64,000 nt of DNA. Source: Euglena gracilis. Lineage: Eukaryota. This document shows, piece by piece, positions 1 to 9,491 of this stretch (the stretch's first letter is position 1; every line of letters begins with the position of its first letter). The stretch lies in assembly GCA_039621445.1 (NCBI GenBank), contig CP154954.1, positions 44,061,847 to 44,125,846 on the forward strand. Reading direction: 5' to 3'. Both the position numbers and the translations under genes were made by a program. The notes beneath the pieces were generated by a model that was not told where the DNA came from, made no database searches, and was given only the letters and a program-made list of their open reading frames with translations.

Positions 1-94
1 CCCAGATTTTCTTCTTATTCATACAGACAAAAGTGCTTCAGTGAGGACTGTTTCTGACCTCAATTTCCTTCATTTTGGGTGTTTTCATGCCGTC

Positions 95-105
95 TTTTTT
101 TTTAG
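95..105 (+). promoter_or_regulatory. Probable splice acceptor (possibly spliced-leader trans-splicing) upstream of the ATG
   Basis: A poly-T tract plus AG (ttttttttt-ag) lies 7 nt before ATG 113. Euglenozoans trans-splice an SL onto such sites. Confidence 0.45.
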
Positions 106-112
106 ACCTCTG

Positions 113-3100
113 ATGGCAGCCCGGAAGCCCTTGGCGCCCACCCGCTCGGCGACGGAGCTGGTGTCGAAGACCCCGACCCCGCTGGCCCGTGTCCGGAGGG
201 GGTCTGGCGCTGGCTTACATGATTGCCGTCTGTGGAGGCAGTCTTTTTTTTTTACCGTACAACCGTACAAGCGAGGGTGCTTGACGGTTTCTCATTCCTG
301 GGTTGTTTTGGAAAGTGCAGGGGAAGTCACTCCTTTTTGGACGACACTCACTGAGTTTGTTTCAGTGTCATTCACGTCCTTTGGTTTCTACAGCTGTGCG
401 GGTTTCTGTGCAAACCGCTGAGGGTTGTGTTTGGCATACGCGTGGACCAGACATCCTGTGGTCCTGTCTGTTCAGAAGTTTCAGCTGAAACCCTGGAGAG
501 CCAGACAGCCTCCGCGCCTCGACGTGCTGGTGCTGGACGAGACCCTCACGCGAGGGCAGGTGCGGCGGGTCGAAAAGGCCCATGTCGACTCCCTCGTCAA
601 GGCGTTCACGGAGAACCCGCCGGTGGGGGCCCTGAGCTTCGTGGTGTGGCCGGAGCAGGGTGTGTGTTTTTTGTTTGCGTGTCTGTGCCTATCAGCATGT
701 GGGCCAGTCTGTCTGTATCCATGAATGTTGCAAATGGCGGATGCTTCCCAAACGACTGAATAATGAAATGTACCCCGTTTGTAGTGTTTTTTTTTTGGAA
801 GGGGGGGATGGTGGGGATCCAGGCGGGAATCTGTGCACCTGAAAAAATCTCAATTGCACTGTTCTTCTCTGTTGTCACAGCGACGGGGAAGTTCGTCATC
901 CTGAGCGGGCAGCACCGCTTCCTGGCGGCCACCCAGGTGGCAGACGCGGCGGTGGCCGACACGCGGCCGGCGCCGCAGTGGACCGAGTGGTTCAACTGCC
1001 ACACGGTGCTGGGGTCGGCCAGCCTCGAGGAGAGGCAGCGCGTGGCCGGGAGCATGCAAGCCCGGGACGGGACGGTGAGGGAGATGTCCCTCAGCCAGCG
1101 GGTGGAGTGGCTGGAGCGGGAGGTGGAGCGGGAGCGGCCGGGGGCGGTGCCGGACGGTGAGGCGGGGACCGCCGCCCGCCTGATGGTGAACCGGACGGAG
1201 CTGCTGAAGCGGGTGTACGTGAAGACGGGGTGCACGGAGGCGTCCCACGGCAAGATGGTGTGTGCGCGGATTTCCGTGTGCGTCGTTTTCTATTTGATAC
1301 AATGCACGGATTCCCGCCGAGACGGCCTGCCTCCTTTCTTTTTTCTTTTCAGAAGGAGAGTGCGCGCACGCTGTCCTTTGAAATTCCAGCCATCACATAC
1401 ACATCACTCACTCCCCCCCCCTTAATTCCCCCCCCCCTCCCCTCTCCCTCACCCGCTCTGTGCAGGACAACTGGGTGAAGGCGATGCAGCCGCTGGCGGA
1501 GTGGCTGCTGCACAGCGGGCGGCCGGTGGTGGAGGCGGTGCGGGCGCTGGAGGCGCGCCCCGCGACGGGGGTGGCGGCGGCGCTGTCCCCGTACGCGTTC
1601 AAGGCGATCGAGCAGCTGTACGACCCGCAGGACTACGTCGCCCTGACGAGGGAGATGCTGGACGAGGCGGCGAAGGCGACAACGGTGCGGCTGGGTCGGA
1701 TGTCCATTTCACTGTGTCTGTTGGAACTCTGCCTGCACTTTCACACAGACAGACGCACACACGCGCACGCACGCAAGGAAAGTATGATCATACGTGGACA
1801 GTTGAACCAGTTTTACTGTTCGAGTGGATACAGAGACAGTACGCGGTAAACCGCACACTACACAATGCGCGGTCAGGTGGAATGGGACGGGGGAGGAATG
1901 GCACTCCGCTGTCAAGGCGGTGGTGGGGACGCTGATCCGCCGCCGCACGTGGACGTGGCTGCTGATGCACCCGGACCTTCACCACGTCCACCCGACCCGC
2001 CGTATGTCTACTCTGTGCTGTCTTCCGCACTCTGTGTGCACACGTTTTCTTAAGGTTGTCATTTTCAGGCGGGTTTCCGTACAAACACTCCTGCACATGG
2101 AAGCGTGTGTAGTGTTGGGATTCTTTGCTGATGTCCCCGTTCTCGTGCTCAGGTACCCTGTCCATGGTGCCCAGCCTGGAGCAGAGCATGGACAGCGCGG
2201 ATATCAAGGTGCCGCTCAGCGGTACCAACTGGCGCTGGTCGGCCCAGCACCCGTGCGCAGGGCTATCCAGGACGTGTGTGCCTTTTTCCCTTTGGTTAGT
2301 TGCATGCGTAACTGCGTTTCACACATGGTTGTTTTACGCGGGAACCCGCCTGATTGGATGAGACGAAATATCTCAATTCGCATTAGAATGTTACTGAGTC
2401 CAATTTTTTGTTTTTGTACTGGCTAATGATTCTACTGTACTGTCGGAGGTTCGGGGTTGTCCTGAGGACGGCCACCGCGGGGAGCGGTCCTTCGCTCCCC
2501 CCTGTGGGGGACTGAGCGCTACGCCCCCCTGCGGGCGCGCCTGGCCCAGCCGCTCGCCGAGCCCACGGTGCGGTACGGGGGGCGCTTCTGCACCGTGGAC
2601 CTCAGCGGTGGCGGCGGTCGGCGCGGGGCGGCCACAGCGGCGGCCGGCAGCAGCCGGGAGGAGGCGGAGGGGTCCCCCAGTCAGCCCACGTCTGGGGAGG
2701 GGGAGCTGTTTGAGGCTGGCTCTCCGCGGGCGGGCACCCGGTCCACCAGGGGGCGAAGAAAGACGGCAGCGGCGGAGGGTGGGGAGAGTCCCGAGCCGTC
2801 CCGCCTGGCGCACGTGGTCCCCCTCCACCCCACCGCGGCGATGCCGCGGGAGATCATGGAGCTGAACGTCGACGCGGTGGTGGTGGAGGTCCCGGACGGG
2901 CTGAGCGACGCCGACGTCCATCCCGAGCTCCTGAGACTGTGGAGCCATGGGGTGCCGTTCGTGGCCACGGGGCGGGCGTTCGCCATCGGGGTGCTGCAGC
3001 AGACGCTGCAGAAGGGCATGGACGTCCCCGACGAGATGCGCCGTGTGGACGTCACACTTCACCGGCCGGTGAAGTCCAACGTGGACCGCACGTACCTGTT

Positions 3101-5161
3101 CAACGTCACCACCGTGACCGCCCTCTTCAGCAGCAGGACGGACTTTCGGGTGTGTATATCCTCCCCTCCGCTTTTTTTTTTGAACCCTCCTTCTTTTGGC
3201 GTACACGGGAATCCGCACAAGTGTCACACAACTGTTACACTCTGGTGCATATTGGGGTACTGTGCGCACAAAAGGTTTCTTGAGACTCATGCTGTGACAT
3301 TCTAAGATGATGAGAGGGGATGGGATGAGGTGAGATACAACGTGATGAGACCATCTTCGCCTTCCACTCGCAGGTCCCCCGGCAGATCACCCTCGTGGGA
3401 CAGGGTCAGGGCTTTGTTCACACAGAACAGAAACACAACCAGGCGCTCTTTTTTTTTTTAAAAAAAAAAGAAAACATACCACGTGACCACTGATCATCAT
3501 TTCAGGGAATTGGCAGCATCCTGTGTGTCAACCAGGATGTCAGTCCGTTGTCTGTGGTTTTCCTCTGCACGGATATCCGCACACTTCTGCATTCTGTTCC
3601 CTATGGTGAAAGAATGGCATTCAGTCCCACAGTGTGAATTCCCTTCTGGCCCCCATCCCCCCTCCCATGAGAAACTGCGCAGAGACGCAGCTCTGCGGGG
3701 GAGGGGCCGCCCACCCTGCCGGTGGAGGTGGCGTGGTGGCTGCTGGCGCGGCTGCACGTGGAGGCCCACGACTGGGTGCTGGCGGTCACCCGCCACGCCG
3801 CCCTCCCGGCGGACCTCGCCACCCGGCTGCAGGTACCCATCGGCGTGATCTGGGGGGACCCCGACCTGCTGGAGGAGGCGGACGAGGCGATGCAGCTGCG
3901 GGTGGACCAGCTGCAGCGCGAGATCAAGGTGGCCGACGGGAAGCCGGCCATCCTGTGGGATCAGGGCGCCACCCCGGTCCAGGCCAGACGAGGGGGGGGG
4001 GGACGTTTGCCCTTATCAACTCTGCGTGCGTGGGTCATTATTGCAGCATCAGAACGTGGCGGACAACGTGTACGCGGTTTCCCGCACACATTGCACGCGT
4101 GCGGTTTCCCGTGGGGAGGGGTGCTTAGCTTCTGCCATCTGGTTTCCCCACCTGAACTTTCCTGGGTGTTGGCCCCTGCGGCCATCAACGTCCACCACCG
4201 CATCACCCACCACGAGCCACTGGACGTCTCCGGCCGGGGCGGGCTGGAGGAGGAGGAGAAGAAGGGGGAGAAGGAAGAGGAGGACATGCCCCCCCGGCCA
4301 AAGAAGAAGGAGCCGGAGAAGAAGGGCCGGGAGCCCTCACCCCCGCCGCCAGCCAAGGGGCGGGGCAAGAAGGAGACCCCCGCCAAGGAGAAGGAGAAGG
4401 AGAAGGAGAAGGCCCCTGCCGCCAAGGGGAAGGAGAAGGGGAAGGAGAGGGCCCCTGCCGCGAAGGAGGCCGAGGCGCCGGTGACGCCGGCCAAGCAGCC
4501 GTCAGCCGGCGGCGCGGCGGCGGCGGGCCGCAAGGGGGCCTCCACCCCCTCCGGGCTGCGGAAGGGCGCGGCTGCACCGCCAGCGGCGCAGGAGCCGCCG
4601 GCGCCGGAGACCCCGGTGACGGGCCGCAAGCGCACGGCCCGCACGCCGCCGCCGACCGAGTCCGCCGCCGGTGAGCCGGAGGACGAGATTGAGGAGATCG
4701 TGCCACGACCGCCCCCGACACTGTCCCCCCTTCAGAGCCAGCTGTTTGCATCCTCCCATTCTGCTCTTTCAGCCTCTGAGTTTACAGCCATACGTGGTGG
4801 GCTTTGCACACGGGAAACCGCACACGTGCGTATTCAGGGACACCGCACACGTACAGAATGATACGTGCGTTGCACGGAAACCCGCACACAATCTCCCACG
4901 CTGTTTTTTTGGATTCAGGTGGTTTTGCAGTCACACTGCCTGTGTCCTTGCAAACTCTTGAAAGAGCTGATACCCTCTCTTCGTTATTGCTGTTCTGCTT
5001 GCAAATTGCACGGGAAACCGCACACAGCTTGCTGACTCATTGCACGCACACACCCCTCCTTCCTGTAATACACCACTTACACACCAAGTCCAAGGGGGGA
5101 GGGTCAGCTGAAGAAGAAGCCCACGCCGGCCGGGGCGCTGGAGGAGCTGCTCAACGTGTGA
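113..5161 (+). CDS. Spliced gene: ParB/Srx-like N-terminal domain, degenerate beta-class N6/N4-methyltransferase-like region, Lys/Pro/Ala-rich C-terminal tail
   Basis: ATG at 113 follows a poly-T/AG acceptor. Exons are approximately 113-201, 451-659, 881-1257, 1466-1684, 1877-2001, 2153-2273, 2449-3149, 3374-3404, 3691-3976, 4184-4699 and about 5089-5161 (TGA), joined mostly by GT-AG introns. The spliced N-terminus reads QVRRVEKAHVDSLVKAF...LSFVVWPEQATGKFVILSGQHRFLAA, a ParB/Srx pattern. Later segments read NVDAVVVEVPD and PTLPVEVAWWLLARLHVEAHDWVLAV...IGVIWGDP. Several joins need a 1-nt correction in homopolymer runs. Confidence 0.7.
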
Positions 5162-6477
5162 GCAGGAGCGCGGGCCGGCGGGGGCGGGCCGGGCCGGGCG
5201 GCGGGGCGGCTGCGCCGCCATCCTCATCCCCGACAGCGCCCACGAGTGGGCACGGCCGTGGGCGGCCGCTGAGCAGTTCTCTGCCCCTCCTGCGTGGACC
5301 GCCTGATGCTTTTTGGAACCTGGGACCGCCCGTTGCTTTTTTTGTGTCACACACCCTCCTCACACCCACTGTCCCCGGGACTGCCCAACGCCTTTCACCT
5401 TTCGACGGGAACTCAACCCCTGGACCACACTCCATCACCCCTCTCACCTGGGACCCACCGGCCGGACGCCCCAACCGCCGTGCTAGGTCCAGGGCGCACA
5501 TTCTGTCTCCCATTCAGTGGCCGGTGTCGTGTCCAACTTTGCCTTTGCGGATGTATGTATGGAGTGTGAATCCCTCTCTGAAGCATACCCCTCCCTGAGA
5601 TCACGCCGTGTGTGCCCTGGACCTGGATCACCCATGCGGCTGTCCGTTTGCCCCCTCTGTTTCTCTTTTTCCTCTGGACCGACCACAGAGACTTCGTCTC
5701 TCTCTTCTTCCCCCCCGGACCAAGGACCCCTCCAGGACCAGGACCAAGCTGCACGGTGATCCGCACACACACCCTCCCCCTCTCTCCCTCCTTCTGCTGT
5801 CGTTGCGCTTCGTGTGCTACCGCAGTCCCTGGCAGGCGGGCGGTGAGGGGGGGATGGGAGGAGGGCTGCCTTGGGTGAGGTGCCTCACTGGATGTCAGGT
5901 CCAGTTCTCAGCCAAACATCCCCAGGAGTTTCCCGTATGTTTTTGCACGGATAACCGCACAAGTTCGCTTTTAACCAGCCATAGTCACTCAGCCCCCTCT
6001 CGTAGCGTTAGCCCCTCACATATGGTTCATCTGTTGTGTGCGGTTTCCCGCCTAACAGACCATCTGCTAAAAATTAGGACATCCGTTCAGCAGTGGTGTT
6101 CGTTTCCCCCTCCCGTCACTGGTTGTTGGCACTCACCAGTCCTCCAAAAACGCGCGGGTTGCTTACGCGGGTGCCTCTCCCTCACAGGTCACCCCATGTC
6201 ACCCCCCTCCCGGAGGTGGGGTCCGGCGTCGTCGTGACACGGCCGGGGCTCTGACGGCCAGGTGTTCTCCGACCCCTTCTCCGTTTTCACATTTTCGGCC
6301 AGGTTACTGGGGGGTATTTCACAAAACCACCCCTTTTCAACCATTAATTTCTAAAACGGGTCACGTGTCAAAACAGTGGAAACAGACGGAAACCCGCACA
6401 CAATTTCTGGGTTGTATCAAGTGTCAGGAATTTCGGTCACGTTTCAGGGGGGTGGCTTACACGGGAACCCGCGCACC
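395..6477. repeat. Dispersed palindromic motif, consensus about (T/C)RCACGG-N4-CCGCACA, about 19 copies in both orientations
   Basis: Copies lie near 395, 821, 1261, 1303, 1840, 2068, 2335, 3203, 3566, 4071, 4097, 4807, 4871, 5007, 5750, 5944, 6035, 6386 and 6458, essentially all in introns or the 3' flank. The copies at 395 and 821 have one mismatched arm. Confidence 0.85.
3977..4183 (+). other. Nonconventional/intermediate intron (GTC-CAG ... CTG-CGGCC)
   Basis: CAG is at +4..+6 and CTG at -8..-6, with complementary ends (CAGGCCA / TTGGCC..CTG) and no AG acceptor. It is 207 nt, so the frame is kept, and it contains two of the intron-type CGG-N4-CCG motifs. Confidence 0.55.
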
Positions 6478-6533
6478 TGCAACGCCTAAAAAATGACAAA
6501 AAATTTGGGCAATTCGCGCCGCCTAAGTCTGGG

Positions 6534-6811
6534 CAGGGGCTTTTTTTAGACCAGAGGGGAGGGGGGGTCCCCTCGGGAGCCCCACCCACCCACCCCCAGG
6601 GGGGCCCCCTCGGGGGGGGGGGGGGTCCCGGGGGATCCACTCAACTTTCCCTGAAAATGGCACTTCTTTTAAAAATAGCACTTTTAAAAATTTTCCGCGC
6701 CTTCGGTGCCAAAAAGTATAACCCACTCCCCCCTGGGTGGACCCTGGGGGGGGGGGGGGCTCGACCGGCTTCCCCCCCCGGGGGGGTCCAAGACTAAAAA
6801 AAAAACCCCTG
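6534..6811. mobile_element. hAT-like MITE
   Basis: TIRs are CAGGGGCTTTTTTTA / TAAAAAAAAAACCCCTG. Flanks AGTCTGGG / CCTCTGGG match at 6/8, a degenerate 8-bp TSD. An internal GCGCCTTCGGTGCC motif is present. Confidence 0.65.
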
Positions 6812-7244
6812 CCTCTGGGTCCTTGATTTGACAGCTGGACTCCCCCCCCGGCGCATCAGAGAAGGCCAAAAGAAGTGCCCCATCTGGCGTCAGAGGGCAA
6901 AAAGTTTCGAAGAAAAAATGATGCGTCGCGGACTTTTTCCGTACGTTTTTCATGATGACAAATCGGAGCAAATGTAAATGTGCTCGAGAAAATGGTCCAA
7001 AATGCCGCACATGGCTAAAACAAGGGGAAATGGTATCTTTTGAGTTTTGAGGGAATGAGATTTCCGACCAAATGTAGATCCCCCCCTGAGGGTCTTGAAG
7101 TTCTGCTGAATAAAATGGGGGGACATTATATTTGTGCTTTGGGATTTGGGGGGTAAATATATTTTTGTCCATCCATCAATGACAAACATGGATGGTGCCA
7201 ATTTTGTTCCACATTCTTTCCTAACTTGGCAATGGCACTTCACC

Positions 7245-7632
7245 CCTTAAACCCCCCCACTTTTAACCCCCCCCCACTTACTAACCCCCCCCCCCACTTA
7301 CTAACCCCCCCCTCAGGCCGACCAACCAAACCGGGACTTATAAACCCCCCTTCGGGGAAGAAAAATGAAAGCCGCCGGGGACGATTTTTTCGGCCGCAAA
7401 CCACCCAAAAACTAATTTTTGGCCCTTTTTTGAGATCGACCATCATCAAAAATGCCATTTTTGACCAAATTTGCAAAAAAAAATTGCCAATTTGGGAGGT
7501 TATCAGGGTCATTTTTGGGGTTCGGATTTTCACCAACAATTCCGGGACTTACAACCCCCCCCCCACTTATAAACCCCCCCCTTCGGCCGACCAACCAAAC
7601 CGGATCCTACTAACCCCGGGGGGTTTATAAGT
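7245..7632 (+). mobile_element. Dispersed repeat family A (Helentron/HINE-like), copy 1
   Basis: Has the internal direct repeat CCGACCAACCAAACCGG, the core ACCATCATCAAAAATGCCATTTTTGACCAAATTTGC and a terminal palindrome AACCCC-GGGGTT. These are shared with copies at 11300, 14281, 24340 and 61793. Confidence 0.7.
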
Positions 7633-7678
7633 GTGGGGGGGGGGGGGTTAGACGCACTTTGCTTCTGTTGGCAATTAC

Positions 7679-9491
7679 GGGTGGTCATTCACGGGAGGTG
7701 GGGCGACCGTTGGTAGGGTCGCGGCAGGCCGCGGCCGACCGCGGCCCTACCAAAAAAATTTTTAGGTAGGGCCGCGGCATGCCGCAGCCCCACCCAAAAA
7801 TATTTTTGGAAGGGCCGCGGCCTGCCGCGGCCCCACCAAGCACCACCCAGCACAAAAGAATTTGGTGGGGTTGCGGCCGACCGCGGCCGGCCGCGACCCA
7901 ACCTAAGGCAACGTTTTGGTAGGGTCGCGGCCGACCGCAGTCGACCGCGGTCGGCCGTGACCCTACCTTGAAAAAAAAAATGGTTGGGCCACGGTTGACC
8001 GTGGCCGACCGCGACCCAACCTCCCGTGACCCTGAGGTCGTGGGTTCGATACCCACCTCGCATTCGAGAATGAACCTCGGGTTCCATACAAGCCTTTTTT
8101 AAGGGTCGGCTTTTGTTGTCAAAAACCACCATGTGGAATTTGGTCGTATCAGGGGGCGAATCACTTGTGTTACCAACTCCAAGGGGGGGCTGTGAGGGGG
8201 TGTTGGGCGTCTGGGGCGTGATAAATTGGCCCCTACAAGGTACCAGCTACCCCAAAGAGCCGCCCAACTAGGGTTAATACACATGGGGGGACCCTCGCTC
8301 GGCGCCTTCGGCGCCTCGCTCGGATCCCCCCACGTTTTTAACCTAGTTGGGCGGCTCTTTGGGTTCGCTGGTACCTTGTAGAGACCAATATAACAACGTT
8401 GAGCGGGAAATGTTCTGCTGTTTGGATGAGAATCGCAACCCTAACCCTACTCCTTCAAATAACCTCGTGAATTCTTTTTGGCCACAGTGAAACGCCATCA
8501 GGAAATCCTTTGCCAGTAATAAAAAAAAATAAAAAAAGGAAAAAACAAAAATAAAATAAAATAAAAAATAAAAAATAAAAAAAACGGTCACGTGAAATCA
8601 CGTGAAGTGGGGGGGGTATGGGGGGGGGGGCAGGTGGGTGGGGGGGTGTGGGTGGGGGTGGGGGAGGGTGGCGCGGGTGTGGGGGGGTTAGGGCGTGATA
8701 AATTGGCCCCTACAAGGTACCAGCTACCCCAAAGAGCCGCCCAACTAGGGTTAAAAACATGGGGGGACCCTCGCTCGGGTCCCCCCATGTGTATTAACCC
8801 TTGTTGGGCGGCTCTTTGGGTTCGCTGGGCACCTTGTAGAGACCAATCTAACAACGTTGAGCGGGAAATGTTCTGCTGTTTGGATAAGAATCGTAACCCT
8901 AACCCTACTCCTTCAAATAACCTCATGAATTCTTTTTGGCCACAGTGAAACGCCATCAGGAAATCCTTTTGACAATAATAATGGCAGGGGTGGAATCCAT
9001 TCTGCAGGAGGCGAAGGGTTTCCTGTGGGGATCTTTCGTCCCTAAAAGAGTATGGAGAGGAATTTACTTTTTAAATGCATATTTTTCATTGTACTGTTAT
9101 TTACAAGTACGCCATGGTTTTGGTATTATGTAGAGCCAATTACCAACTGCCACGGAGAGCGTATCACCGTGGGTATCAGAATAGCAGAAGGCGCAGGGAA
9201 CGAAGGTTGGATCGGTGGCTCGCAGAACAGTGTTCGGACAGTCATGGGAGGTGGGGTCGCGGTCGGCCGCGGCCGGCCGCGGCCGACCGCGACCCCACCA
9301 AAAAAAATTTTTGGTAGGGCCACGGCCGGCCGCGGCCCTACCAATTCAAAATTCTGAGAGCCAAAATTGGCTGTGGTGGGGTCGCGGTCGGCCGCGGCCC
9401 TACCAAAATCCTGTTTTGGTAGGTTGACGGCCGGCCGCGGCCGGCCGCGGCACCCACCTCCCACGAACCCACCTCCCGTGACATCCCACCC
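7679..9491. mobile_element. Mutator(MULE)-like non-autonomous element with a 9-bp TSD
   Basis: GGCAATTAC is perfectly duplicated at 7670-7678 and 9492-9500. The imperfect TIRs are GGGTGGTCATTCACGGGAGGTGGG / rc GGGTGGGATGTCACGGGAGGTGGG. GC-rich GCGGCCGACC subterminal repeats occur at both ends. Confidence 0.75.
8212..8970. repeat. Tandem duplication of a ~300-bp unit, each copy containing a ~150-170-bp hairpin
   Basis: Units at about 8212-8511 and 8690-8970 both run GGGCGTGATAAATTGGCCCCTACAAGG...CAGGAAATCCTTT with long self-complementary arms. A diverged reverse copy lies at about 45203-45810. Confidence 0.85.

Noticed and set aside
113-5161. Bacterial contamination as the source of the ParB-like gene
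   Set aside because: The gene has multiple GT-AG introns and a euglenid-type intron, and it is contiguous with host repeats.
395-6477. Dispersed motif or tandem units as a CRISPR array
   Set aside because: Spacing is irregular, orientation is mixed, the repeat is short and degenerate, the context is eukaryotic and no cas genes are present.
8000-8075. Complete tRNA gene
   Set aside because: Only the T-arm side is recognisable; there is no D-arm or matching acceptor stem.
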